A DNA stretch of 63,053 nt, the filler included, from Octopus bimaculoides (lineage: Eukaryota), in assembly GCF_001194135.2 (NCBI RefSeq). It is 5 parts of 5 records of this genome, joined end to end, with 100 filler letters (N's around TTAATTAATTAA, not from the genome) between each part and the next. Parts side by side here need not be neighbours in the genome. Positions count along the whole stretch, not along the records: positions 34,607 to 59,693 come from NC_068997.1; 4 more parts are not named here. The stretch is one strand, 5' to 3'. Positions 37,491 to 51,267 of the stretch are shown here, one piece after another. The notes below the pieces were generated by a model, which did no database searches, had not been told where the DNA came from, and saw only the letters and a list, made by a program, of their open reading frames with translations. Numbering within the stretch: position 1 is the first letter of the stretch; the number at the start of each line of letters is the position of its first letter. Position numbers and translations under genes: made by a program.

Positions 37491-39067
37491 AGTATTTTAT
37501 TTTCTCTTAGTAGTCGATAAAAAGCTGACGAAGAATGAATGCATCTTTGTTTGTTACATAACTCTGCAGATACATGCTTTCTGAGTCTTCCAATTCAAAC
37601 TTAAATCCGCTCACTGGTTTCCTCATCAGTAAACGAACGAATCTTACAACTGTTTCCCTTTTCACTTAAAACGAAATTTTTCATGCATTTCTTCAGATTA
37701 TGAAACATGTGTGTCTATGTTGTTGTCGTTGTTGTTGCTTCTCGCCTGCTCTGCGTTGACGGAGCTGAGTTATGATTGAAGGTACTTTAGTCATGGATAT
37801 GCCATGATTTGACTATCCTCTACTACTTTACTTAATGCATTATTTATTGTTAAAAATTGATTAGGAAACACGGCTGATGTCTCTAGCAGGTCGAATGACT
37901 GGGTTAGAGGCTCTCTCTTCATCTTAAAATCGGCTCTTTTTATATTATTGTTGCAGTTGTTGTCGTTGTAATGATTATAATTCAGTTTATTATAATTCGT
38001 ATTAACTTTATGATGTGTGTTACTGAAGTCATGTAGGAGGAAAATTTATCTAAGAATTAATTTTATTACAAAGATTTTTACCACAAGTCATTTACATAAT
38101 TATTCGTTTATTTTAGGTAACCCCAGACTAAATTATTAACTGAAACACCATAGCAAATATTTTTGTGCATAAATTTCCTACAAATAATTTTTATACTTTT
38201 TAATTATTTCGTTTTTGTAGTTCCTATAAAAGCTCCAGAATTATTTTAGAATAGTTTTTGTGTTCTTTTCTTTTTTCAAATTGCATTAAATGGTCAGACA
38301 CATCGATAACTATCTTTTTATATCAGACGATAATATTTATATTGTATGGTATTAAAGCAAGATGTTAATCACTCAGATTAATTAATTGATAATTAATCAA
38401 GTCTTGTTCAAAGACTCCATTTCTAAAGACAGAAGGTAATAAATGTAAACAAAAAATGTAAATAATTAGATAGAGTGTGATAAACAATATGAAAACCGTT
38501 TGTATATGAGGATATCGACTGACAAAACCTTGTTGGGTGTCACATCCAGCGGTTTGGACTGAATTTCTATATTTTTAGAATTTTGTTTCAAGTTTTTAGC
38601 TTATCAATAATCTCATTTACCTGCAATAAATAGACATTGATATTCTACGACTGCCGTTATCTCCATCGTTGCCGTTTGCCTGAATGTCAGCGTTCATCGA
38701 AAAAAAAAACAATCCAAGTTTATGATCTATCTATGTTGATATTATACAAACTTATCTGGGTTTTTGTTGTTTTTTTTGTTTTGGGTTTTTTTTTTTTGGG
38801 GTATTTTATGAAGATACCAGGTTATTTTAGACCAGACATTCTAATAGTCAAATATGTTCTAATCTTCAGATATAAGATGTCTAGGATAACGCTGTAGAAA
38901 AGGATCCTTCTTCTCTTATAACGATCAGTTGTGATTTCGAGGGAAGTTTGCTGTTGTTTCTAACTGGTCAAGTGGACAAGTTGAGGCTACACGATACCTT
39001 GTTCACTAATCTTCAGCAAATGTACTCTTAAAAGAATTCTTCCCACTTTGCAGATATGCATGCAGCT

Positions 39068-39205
39068 GAGAGGGGAAATCGTCGAATCACAATCCGTGAG
39101 TTACCAGAGGATGTGCAAATTAGTTACGGTTCAGTTCAGTCTATTATCACTGAAGATTTGGGTAGGACACGCATGTCTACCAAGTTTATGCCCAAACTGC
39201 TATCG
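39068..39205 (+). pseudogene. Mariner transposase HTH fragment
   Basis: NRRITIRELPEDVQISYGSVQSIITEDLGRTRMSTKFMPKLLS. Confidence 0.8.
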
Positions 39206-40667
39206 ACGGTGACAAGCGGCTTTACTCTACGTGCTTTAGCTTCGTTACTATTGCAACAGTCCGAATACTTATTGCTCAGACCATGCATGTGTGCGTGTCT
39301 ATGTATGTGTGTGTAATATTTCGTCCATATATATGTATTGTGAAATAACTGAACTTTCGTGCCTCAATACAGCAATCATTTCAGTTCACTGTACAGTTAG
39401 TTTTGCATGCATGCAACGAATGCAGTCAGATTGTCATTCTTAATTAAGTACTGTCTGCTTTCTATTTTCTTCAAGCTCAACTAAGCCATGGCTCTAATGA
39501 TGAAATATCAGTGTCTGACAAACTAGTCAGTAACTTGACATCATTCCTTCATGGCATATGATACGCTGAAAAGTCATTGGTTGGATAAGCAACATGTATA
39601 ATGATATAACATGTATAATGATATAACATGTATAATGATATAACATGTATAATGATATAAAGCTTTGAAGCATGAAATTAAGATTTGTGTAGGATTATGC
39701 ATCAATGCAAATTCTATGTAAGTATCTGCACGAATATAATCCCAAAAGCCACAGCGGTGTAATAAAAACAAAACCGTAATAACAGAGCCAAGATACTCAT
39801 TAACACTATTATTCCATCATTTTAAAGAATTCCAAATATTAAAATTATGGAAAATAATCCAATTATCTGAATCCCAAACACTTTATATGAAATATTAAAC
39901 CTCTGGCTACTTTATACAAATATTTTGTTTCATCAGTGAAACACTATTCAGTGAAAAATGAATAAATCATTTTAAAAATAAATTCTAAAAAATACTAATC
40001 GCTATCATTATCGTCCTCAGCAAAGCATTATTATTTTAATATTTAAGTTGTAAAGATATCATTTTTGAAATTATTATTATCATCATCATTATTATTATTA
40101 TTATTATTATTATTAAATGACTATCTCTCATTCGTTATGCCTAGCACCCCATAAAAATTCTGGATTCAAAATTGATCTGCTCGGAATCCCTTTTTTTAAA
40201 AAAAATAGATTGGGCGAAAAGGAAATTGTTTGCTGAAAATCGTGAACTGAGTTTTATAATCCAACCCTCGTTTCCTCTCCCACCGCCAAGACATTACAAC
40301 CAACGTAACAAACATAGAGACACCAGATCCATGAATGATGCACACACAGTGCAGGAAAACGAGTTTGATGAGAAATATAGCAAAATTCAAGAGGTTAGTG
40401 CCTCTAGGCCTGGATTACTGACCACTCAAGATTCAGCTTTATTAAGAAAAATTACTCATTGAGATGACAGGAAGCAACAAATGAATTTGCTTCATTGCTG
40501 CAAGTCTCTCAAAGCTGATCTTACTTATAATCTATACTTCAGTATTAAGTAATTCGAAGGTGAAGTGTCAAGCAAATTAAATTGTGATACATATAGTTTT
40601 GTCCTTAATATTCTGGGTGCGGGGAATCATACACAGGTCAACATTGTTAGTTCCATTTCATACTTAC

Positions 40668-40781
40668 CAGTAGCAGCCAACTCCTTAAGATCGATATGAT
40701 TGACGGTATCGAAGAAAGTATTTTGTTCAGCCAGGCTACAGACCTTTGCATGAAGCCAGTTTGAAATATAAAGAAATATTT
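40668..40781 (-). CDS. Candidate 114-nt phase 1-1 exon (IFLYISNWLHAKVCSLAEQNTFFDTVNHIDLKELAAT), gene unknown
   Basis: Strong CTG|GTAAGT donor and open frame; the acceptor position is uncertain. Confidence 0.3.
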
Positions 40782-43348
40782 CTAATCACCATTAATTAAA
40801 AAATTTAAAAACAAAACGTGTCACACTTTACTTTATAATTCTTCATATACCACAATTAATTCATATGTCATACAGTGCAACAATTCTTAATAAAAGAAAT
40901 TGGCAGATGAACAATTATATGATATATTATTTAACTTAGTTTAATGTCTCTTCATGACAAAGGCACACATAGGACAATGTGATTAAATGTTTGCTTCATA
41001 ACGACAAGGTTTCCGGATCAAAATGCCTGCATGATACATTTAGACAAAACTTTGTGAATAAAGTTTCGTAAATAGAAAATCTGTTGAGTCCGGCAGAATC
41101 TTTCCATGTCCCTTGTCGGTGGTTTTAGTCCATCACGCAGTTTACCAACACGCCTTGACCCATGTTAGGGTCATCTCTAACAATGTCCATTCCATTATTT
41201 TAACACAGTCCACACATTCACGTCAAAATCCCTTTTCTTTCCTTTGCCTAAGGTATAAATTTCAAACTTTAGAAATTTTATCTGTTGATCCATCCTTTCA
41301 CAACCGAAATTATAACTGACAGAGACTATAGTGAACCCTAACTTCTCCAAATATCCATACTTCTCCATTAATAACCTAAATTAATTTAGATATTCTGGGA
41401 AGTAGTTTTTCCAGTTTGATCTCATATGGTGCCCCTCTCTAGAGAATTTATTATAAAAACAATATCATTACATTTGACATCACGGAAACATTCGCCTATG
41501 CCTAGCATGTTAAACGCCAAACTGAACTTCTTGCTTCCTACTTTCCAGTCATCTCTTTTCTGAATCAACAGTTCCAAGACGCAATTACTAGCCATACCAA
41601 GGAAACAGCATGTGTTGCCATCGGCAAATAAGTCACTAAAATCTTCATCAGTTCCCCGAGGCCTTTACAGTGACTAACAATCTTTGCTGGCGATTTTGTA
41701 TTCAAAACATAACAAGAACCGCATCACAACCCTTGATCTCTCTCTTTAAACTCAGTAAAACCTTCAATTCTCATTTGTTTCTAACTCCTCATTACATGTG
41801 GACCATACTGCTTCCCAGATCTTGGAAGTTACCAATGCTGCAAAAGCTATTCGCAAACATATATACAGAAAGTGTTACCTTCCTGATTGGCATAGAATCA
41901 CTCACCGACCCATCCGACCTCTGACACAAGGACTTGCTGGTCTCTTTTGCTGTGTCATTTTGCCATAGATCGAGTAATTTCTGTTCCTGTCGAATTTTAT
42001 TCCAACGTCTCTCAGACTCAAATTCTTCTCCACCTCTTTTCATCAATATTCTCTTGACATTCTTCTCTACTCTTCTGCTTTAAACACTAAACCATACCCC
42101 CTCCATGTCCCCTTCCAGATGGAATTTTTTCTCCTCTGTATTTTATGTTCTCTTGTCTTTTAAATCAAATCAGAACAATAACGTTGCTTTCACATTTTCA
42201 TTTTCCTACGAATTTCCTGTGCATTGAGACAGGACACTAATCCAGAGATTGGGACAGGACACTAATCTCTGTCATCCTACTTTTCTCATTTGGACAGTTT
42301 AAGTATTGGGCAAATTCCATATGGAATTACGCGTATTATACAAAGAAAATCACTAGAGCATTGACTCGTCATCCTGGTGAATTATTGACTGATGTTAGTC
42401 GATGTAAAACAGAAAATGGGACAAAATGAATGCTGGGATATAATCTGAAGAATTTTATGTCGAACGACAAATATTAGTATTACTATATTCTTGAATATGC
42501 TTATGTCACTTCATATAAGCTGTAATGTCTTTAAAGACGTGTACTAATTAGAGACCTTTATTAATTACAAATATGTACATAGGATAAATCAAAAATGGGC
42601 AGATACTATTTCCCTATTGACTTTTTTCTTTAGACTCGTCTAGCAGTTTTGTGTAGGAGGGACGAATATAATCGCTTGAACCAGTCATGCGACGAGGTCG
42701 ATAATAGCAACGAAGACGACGGCGACGACGACGACAATGATGAAGATACTTATGATGTGTATGGCATCATGATGATGACAACGATGATGAGGGGGGAGAG
42801 GAGCAGGAGGGAGAGGATGATAGTTAACCAGTTCTCAGCTTTGATGGTGGTGGTGTGGTAGATGATGATAATGATAGCTAACCAGTTCGTAGTTTTGCAG
42901 GTGAAGGGTTGTATAATGAAATCAATGATAACTCCTGCAGCAGCAGCAGCAGCAGCAGCAGACCAACGCAGCTCTGATATAGAAAGTATAAAACGGTAAA
43001 AACGAGGAATCACTCTTCTGCTTCAAATTGAATATTAATGAGAAGAATCATTAGAAAGGTGGAGAATTATTTTACATTATTTATATTTCTCACATCAATA
43101 TTCTATTTCCTCCTCAATTGAAACTAAAGGATAATAGATAGAGGCCAGATTTCATACAAACACAACCACCACTACCACCACCAATAGCAACAACAACAAC
43201 CAAACAAATATGCAAAGATGAAAATCACAATATTGAGGTCCCTTACGCAATTTCTTTTCACTAACATTTCATGTCCAATGCAGCAATCACTAATAACAAC
43301 AAAAGTAGCAGCAGCAACAACAATAACAACGACAATGATGATAATAAA

Positions 43349-43387
<39 letters not shown>

Positions 43388-43600
43388 CGTGGAACAAATA
43401 GGGGTTGCAATAAGGGTGGAGCACTTGCAGAAAACAGCACTGCTTGGAACTGCCTGAATACTCCGGTAGGTGCTCGAAAAATAAGAGGTGTTACCTTAGT
43501 TCACTGATAGTGAACAACTGACACCGTAGTACATCTCTAGCGTTAGAAGCTGTGCAAAGGCAATAATGATAATAATAATTATTATTATAATAATAATAAT
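43388..43600 (+). mobile_element. 5'-truncated R4/Dong-like 3' end embedded in (AAT)n
   Basis: VEHLQKTALLGTA*ILR*VLEK* plus UTR, with AAT repeats on both sides. Confidence 0.75.
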
Positions 43601-43619
43601 TATTATTATTATTATTATA

Positions 43620-44375
43620 AGGAAAGAGAAAATTTGGAGAGAATATTACAGAAAAGTTAGATTAATATAAGCAAAAAACAAAAAACCTTCCACCCAAACC
43701 CCAAAAGATTCTATCTAGAACGTGGCAAAAATAAAATAGAGATCAATGCAGCAGCAGAAGTGGAAGGATTTTGGCAAAAATATGGTCGACGAAGGAACAA
43801 CCTCAAAAAAGATCTATCAAAATAACAAACCCACACTGGAACGATTCTGGACTCCTATAACAACGGAAGAGGTCTACTAGGCTCTACAAAAACTAAGCAA
43901 CTAACAGGCACCTGGGCACGCCAAAATCCCCAATTTCTGGTCAAATATCTAACAGGAATACATAAGGCGCTGGCCGAGAAATTTAATGAGACTCTAGCAG
44001 AGCCTGAGACAAGACCTGAATAGCACACAGAAGAGAAAATTATCCAAATTCCCAAATCCACTGAAACGGCAAGCTCACAAGATGACAAATTGATAACTTG
44101 TGTTCCAACAATTTACAAAGCCTTAACTGTAATAATATCGCAGAGAATGTTCAACCATCTGGACGAAAACTACCTGTTTCTAGAAGAGAGGGGATAATAT
44201 AAGGACTCATACGGCTGTAAAGATCAGTTATTAATCAATAAAGCCATAACTGAAGACAGCTGAAAGAAGGGTTTAAGCATGGCTTAGATCGATTATCGAA
44301 AGGCTTTTGATAATATTCCCCACAAATGGATCCTGGAAATACTAGCCACGAACAAGTTAGCACCAATAGTACATT
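43620..44375 (+). pseudogene. R4/Dong-like reverse transcriptase N-terminal part
   Basis: QAPG..IPNFWVKYL, IQIPK, ITCVPTIYKALT, SYGCKDQLLINKAI, MA*IDYRKAFDNIPHKWI. Confidence 0.85.
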
Positions 44376-44800
44376 CCACTATTATTACTGCTATCAGTGA
44401 CACTACTACTAGTGCTACTACTGCTTCTACTCCGACTCCATATTATCAAGGTATTGATTTGTTGAGTTGTTCTATTTCAATCCTGGGTGAATCGACGTAT
44501 ATTAGCTTGCCGAATAAATGAAGATGCATTTCAGTCGCTGATATTTCCCTATTCTATCAATACAGTCCTGCATTACATTTATTCCTCTATCGTTATAGAA
44601 CAAACATCTCATTATTGTATTGGTACGAAACAGTTGAAAAATGTTCTACTGAAAATATTTAATCCTACAGTCGGATTCTTTTGCGCAGAACCAGAAAGAC
44701 GTTACAGACTTTCACAGCTATATTGGAAAATCCCATAAATGAACACCATCAATTTAATTTGACTAACGTACGTATTATATGATGTTTCAGGGATACTCAC

Positions 44801-44836
44801 CAAAATATCAGTCTTGAGCAACATTAGATGTTCTTT
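44801..44836 (-). CDS. Candidate 36-nt phase 0-0 micro-exon (KEHLMLLKTDIL)
   Basis: gagttttcgcttAG acceptor and TTG|GTGAGT donor. Confidence 0.2.
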
Positions 44837-45411
44837 CTAAGCGAAAACTCAAGTGGTTTCTTTCTCTTGCCTGTCTGGAAGTTCCTTCAAATTATATGTG
44901 CACTGCAGTACCTTTTCTATCTAATCCGTATAAAAACATATTATTTGACCCAGAAAACTACCCATTCCATCTTAAAGAAATGGTTCAGAACTTATTTCAG
45001 AATTACATGATTAGAATTATCATGAAGCATCACCATCTTTTCCTAAACCATTTGGAAACGTGTTAGCTGTGGAAACGAATTGCAAAATATATCACAAATA
45101 TTATTTCAGTCCTAATATGTTATTATGCAAACAAAAGTAAACCACACAAAAACAAAAAAAAAACATAAATCGTAATATGCATTGTGAGACAATAGTCCGG
45201 ATATTCAAAAATTTTGATTGAAGAGAAGAATGAAGAAACATAATTTAAACATTTTTACAATCATCTTCTGAGAATTTACGATAATCTTAAGCTATGGATC
45301 AGTTTGATTTATTTATAGGATTAAAGTGCCAAAAAAATGAAAGTCTTCCAGTCCAAATACGAATCAGCTACTGTATTCATACACAAATATATATACGCAC
45401 ATGCATGTACA

Positions 45412-45443
<32 letters not shown>

Positions 45444-45548
45444 ATATATATATATGTATGTATGTATTTATGTCGTCATGTATAGCATAATTATGCATAT
45501 ACGTGCACAGTTATACATGCATAAGTATGTTGAATATGGTTTCTGATA

Positions 45549-45643
<95 letters not shown>

Positions 45644-46255
45644 AAGTAAGAGAAGAGAAGAGTGGGAGTTAGTGGAGATACTATGAAATATTAATTTGAA
45701 TGCAGTCTCTCTGACTGAGTGCGTTGAGATAACGTGGGAGAAATCCGCCGAAGAAGGCGAGAAGCAAGAATTGTTTAGATAACTAATGTGAATAAGAGAC
45801 ATTTGCAGCTGTTTGTGAAGCGAAGATGAAACAACGTTTTAAGGATTAACTATGGAAACAACAAGAGACAAAATAGAACACAAGAAGAAAGAAGAAAGAG
45901 ATAGGAAGTGAGCGAGAAAATGCGAGAGTGTATACGTGAATGTACACGTGGGTATGCGTGGCTGTGTGTGGCTTGTACTTGTGTGTGTGTGTGTGTGTAT
46001 GCGAGTAATATATATTTGAGAGAGTGAGATATATAATATGGAAGACTATGAGGAACACAAGAGGAGGAGGAGATATACGGAAATTAGTTACAGATTTACA
46101 TAGGAGGAGCGTGACATAAGAGTAGGGAGAGAGAGAAAGAAAGATTTGGAAAGAAGAGTAATAGGGTAAAGGGCAAAGTAATATACAAAAGATGGTTATA
46201 TGTGAACGTACATATATATACACACATATATGTATACACATATATATGCATACAC

Positions 46256-46307
<52 letters not shown>

Positions 46308-47019
46308 TTACATATAAATATATATATATATATACATACATATATATTAGGGAGAGAAAGAAAGAAAAAGGGACATGGGAATATTTTGTATTCTATTTTA
46401 TGTTTCGTGCTGTGAACTTTTATTTTACTTCAAGGTTACTTTTTCTTAGAAGTTACGGCGATAAAAAGAACTTTCATGTCGTGCATTTATTTGGAATTCT
46501 AAGTTTATCGCAAAGAAGATGCAAAATTCTATTTGTTAGCGAATAAATTATATTCATTTATTTCATTCGGTATTATTTGATGTTGTCGTCCTTTTTTTTA
46601 TTTTCCTTTAATCCATTTAATACAAGTAAACGAGGTACAGAATGTTAATTCATCCCACAGAATTACCGAAGCAGAATGTAGTTTGCTGTTGTTGTTTTCG
46701 TAGTTGCTGTTGTTGCTGATGTTATTATTGCCCAATTCTAATCCAACCTTCCCCTATCATCAAAGATAGACCCGCCATAATCATGCAGCTATTTGTCTTG
46801 TTCTTCCCCTACAGAAAGTCGATGGACTATTCAACGCACATGTTTTCTCTTAATACAACAAGGCGTATTTGACTGCTATTTCTAATAGATAAAGTCCATC
46901 ATATCCTCTTCTTTGTAGGTCACAACATCATCATGTTGATTCTGGAAATGACGAATTGTTTGTTAGAAACGGCATTATTTTAATTTGTTTTTTTTTACTT
47001 TTGTCGATTATGTTATTCA

Positions 47020-47350
47020 ATAAGAGAGCAGCGCATGCCATCAGAGCGATACTGGGATACAAATATACGAAATCCAGTATGCCCATCATGACTACCCGTT
47101 TGATAAGAGTACAACAGGCACATGCATTACAACCATATGTGCGCGACATGGGGATCTCATAACAAGATAAACAGCGTTTGACCTGGCAGGTGGGTCCCAA
47201 TTAAACTTTTTCTAGGTCGAGTAGCCCATCCCGCTCAAAAGGGCTGTTCGAGGTTGCTGAACGAAAGAACCGATGTTTCCAGGGGTGAATAATTCAAACC
47301 CCAAATAATTTCCCCCAATACATGGCTATGATGCTGCCCCACTACTTTTA
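47020..47350. repeat. Probable interspersed repeat (unclassified)
   Basis: GC-richer block resembling, from recollection, a common octopus repeat; only one copy in the window. Confidence 0.35.
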
Positions 47351-47839
47351 CACGATGAAATATAGCTTTCAACGAACAACTAGAAGAAAGAAACCTTCAT
47401 AAAAATTGGTGTTTTCTTCTATATGGTTTAACAGAACAAATTAAATGAATTCTTACTTTTATGAAAAGTCTAAAATCATCGTCACCCTAACTACACATGA
47501 AAATGGCTCCGAATTATCGGTGTCATCCCCAGAAAAATAATTTTAAAACTCTGTAAAATAGACTTACTAACACATTTCACGAACAGAAAGCAATAATTTC
47601 GTAAATTTATTGCGATGCAAAATATTAATGGTGACCAAGAACATAAACAAAACAATATTCTTATATCCGGTTTGAATATTTTGTGTAGAAATGTTGGTAA
47701 CAACACCATGACATTATTTTACATCTATAGTTTTCCACAGACGAAATATAACAGAATACCATCCGTGGTAGAGATTATTTGTAACGAAAACAAAAAGTCC
47801 TTTTACAGAAGATACTAACACTTGCTTCTATTTTGTCCA

Positions 47840-48540
47840 CGACACAAGCGCCAGGCTGCAGAAATCTATCAGAGACAATAAGAGATGAGTTATGAACTTG
47901 TGCTTCGTCAAGACAGCAGTGTCTTTATTTTCTATCCAAGTTTGAAGTGGAGACAAACGTGATAGATATTATGAGTGAAAACTCTTTTACTGGCGTAAAG
48001 AATGCTGTGTAGCACAGTATGTGTTCCTGTGGCTTTTTGCCACATTCGAGGACATAGAAAGAATTCCGTATCAGATAGAAGTGGAGGACGAGAGGACATT
48101 AAATGTCGTAGTCGAGGGAAGAAAACCAAATTGTTACATACGCGGGGAGAGGGGCCATATGAAGACCAAATGCCCCCTATATGAGTTCACACAGGCGCAG
48201 CAAGAGAAAACACAAGTAGAGGAGGAAAATATTGTAGACCACACTGAGGAAATTAAAGAGAGACAGAAGTATTAAACAGAGGATACAAAGGAGAAGAATG
48301 AAAATGGGGCTACTAACCCTAAAAAGCGAAAGAAAAATAAGTCAAAGGAACGGTCAACAAAAAAGAGATAGAAAAAGCCAGAAACTAATAATGTACAAGA
48401 AGAGGTGGAGAGAACGGATAAAGATGTTAAATAGCGGGGTGGGGGTTGATAAAATACGAGAAGAACGAGCAGATGGACAGAAAGATCGCAAGGTTGAAGG
48501 AAATAATAAGAGTGAAGATGCGGGAAACCTGTGCTGAGAA
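47840..48540 (+). pseudogene. L1/Tx1-like ORF1 C-terminal half with CCHC zinc knuckle
   Basis: DIERIPYQIEVEDERTLNVVVEGRKPNCYI(R)GERGHMKTKCP, followed by a charged low-complexity tail. Confidence 0.65.
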
Positions 48541-51267
48541 ATGCATTTTGATACATGAGGAAAACTACTGGGAGTACANNNNNNNNNNNNNNNNNNNNNN
48601 NNNNNNNNNNNNNNNNNNNNNNNNNNNNNNNNNNNNNNNNNNNNNNNNNNNNNNNNNNNNNNNNNNNNNNNNNNNNNNGTGGACAGCCATGCACTTAATG
48701 TGAGTGAGGACTGTTCGCTTATCGCTGGTGGCCAACGCACTGAACGTCCATGTGGCATGTATTCTGAGGGTCTCGTTGCAGCATTCGAGAAGCTCAAAGA
48801 CTACGCCGTTACACCTATGTCCAATGGCTTGTTTCTAGTATGAAAATTCACTCATTCCAACACGAACCAATTTTTTTTCATCAAAAACCTAGGGATATTT
48901 TCACTTTCTTTATATCAATTTCGATCCTTTAAGTGTCTCTAATGCATTTATACCTTAATTTAAATTTCTTTTACTCAGGAGGGCTCTCACAGCCAATCAA
49001 TGTTTTAAAAAATCATTCTATTTTTATCATTAAATTTATTAGTAATTGCAAAAAAGAACTGATGAAATGTTTTGTATGTCATAGAAGTATAACCAAATAT
49101 ATTAACATATATAATATATTAACATATATAACATATTAACATATATAATATATTAAGTTAGACAAGGCCTGGACCAATCTTTGGTCGAAACATATCTAAG
49201 CTTTATTTATATATATACACAAATATATCAATATAAATATACCCACACACATACGTGTGCATATCTATGTTTAAAGAAAGATACATGAGCTAGTTGTACT
49301 TTCTCAGACTTTATGTTCCGTGTTCAATTTCCGTCCGAGTTGACTTCACTTCCATACCCTTGCATCCATACATTATGCCCGCCACATTTGAGATATTTGA
49401 AGGCAAAATTCTCACTTTAGAATTCAAAAATACAATTCATATTCTAAGGGAGGTAACTATAACGATTTACATTTGGGAAAGTGCCAAAACGTCTTTTCAA
49501 ATTACCTCCCTCACAAAACAAGAAAGACAACTCTTGCCATGACTTTGAAATAGCAAGCGTTTAAATATTATCTCCCTTTGAAAACATGGACATAATTATA
49601 AACATCTTTATACACAATTTTTTTGGGCCGTACGGCACAGCAAAGACTAAATGGGTTCAGAATTTGTCCTTCTCTGGTGGATACATTTATAGGGTCACGG
49701 CACCGAGATCTATACAGCTGATGTGAGCGGCAATCAATTTCATATTGACCAGGTTACGTTGACGCTGGTCCAGGCGCTGTTTCCATAGGAGACTTCTCTC
49801 AGCCAGGCACGACTGGCATGAAGTGTCTACCATAGCGTTCTGACGGATAACTTGGGTCGGTCGTGAAAGGGAAGTGGCAAAACCCGATGCCTTTGTGGCA
49901 AGTGTGTCGACTTGAATGAAAGTAGTGACGAAAGGATAGGTGTCGGAGGAGCTTTTTCCCCAGGAATGGCGGGATTCAATATATACATGGTGGTCAAGAA
50001 TTATTGTTTGGATAGATTTATTAGAGAGGTCGACCAGAAGCCATAGGCTGTTGAGGTAATTTTCAAGTTTAGCCGGGTAAAAAAAGTAGATAAAGATATT
50101 CAAGGGAAATAACTGAACGACTTAACAGTATTATCCGTTTTCTTTTAGCTGTTTTTTTTCTCTCTAAAACAGCATGCGACGGAAGGAGAGAACTTTGTCG
50201 ATGGAAATGATAATGAAATTCAACAGATATTTATTCAAGGGTCAGCATGCAGTTCTAGAAATTCACCTACTCAACATTATACACTTCAGCAATGGCAGCC
50301 AAAAAAAAAACAAATGTTTTTTTTCTTTTGGGATTGAATTCCGCCATAAAAATTCATGTAGATAAGATGAAAATAATTCATCCGATGTCCCTGTCTAAGA
50401 GAACACTCATCTACAATGTGTTTTTGCATTATATCTTTGCACCAGCAGTAGATAAGCAACACCAGATTGTAGAATAGAATATGGCTCCTTTCAAAGAATG
50501 AACTGTAACGAACAGATTACTGTTTTTCTTTTTACAGTGTTTACAGTACCATTCTTTTCCATCAATTCTGTCAGAACGTGAAACAAGAGAAGACGGACCT
50601 TCTCGGATGAGACTTTTATAGGAGTTGCCTGTTGCCAGGTATTCCAATGGGCAGTGACGTCTACAAAGCAAAGCAAGGGTTACAGGCAAAAAATGATCAA
50701 CGAATAAAATTGTAATTGCTAGTAGAAGGAGGATTCTCGAATTCGCGAACATTACGGTAGAGAATGCACTGACAGACAATAGACACAGTTCTGCTTCCTA
50801 TTTCTATACTTCTTAATCTCACAAACGAGGTCGAAATAAACCTTTGAACCACACATGAATAACAGCAGATATCGGAGATATATTCTCCTTATACGGTAAT
50901 GGATATTATCATGAAACCACTAGTCGTTTTCATGATGTAAACGTAACATCTTTACCAATAATGTGTAGCAGGAAATCACTATATCCTGTGGTTANNNNNN
51001 NNNNNNNNNNNNNNNNNNNNNNNNNNNNNNNNNNNNNNNNNNNNNNNNNNNNNNNNNNNNNNNNNNNNNNNNNNNNNNNNNNNNNNNNNNNNNNNNNNNN
51101 NNNNNNNNNNNNNNNNNNNNNNNNNNNNNNNNNNNNNNNNNNNNNNNNNNNNNNNNNNNNNNNNNNNNNNNNNNNNNNNNNNNNNNNNNNNNNNNNNNNN
51201 NNNNNNNNNNNNNNNNNNNNNNNNNNNNNNNNNNNNNNNNNNNNNNNNNNNNNNNNNNNNNNNNNNA

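Noticed and set aside
41300-42150. 85-aa minus ORF with a GTGAGT donor-like site at 41905
   Set aside because: Purine-biased, looks like decayed LINE sequence; neither an exon nor a family could be supported.
46920-47162. Apparent terminal exon with a transmembrane helix (GIILICFFLLLSIMLF)
   Set aside because: Hydrophobicity comes from a T-run, and the distal half lies in a probable interspersed repeat.
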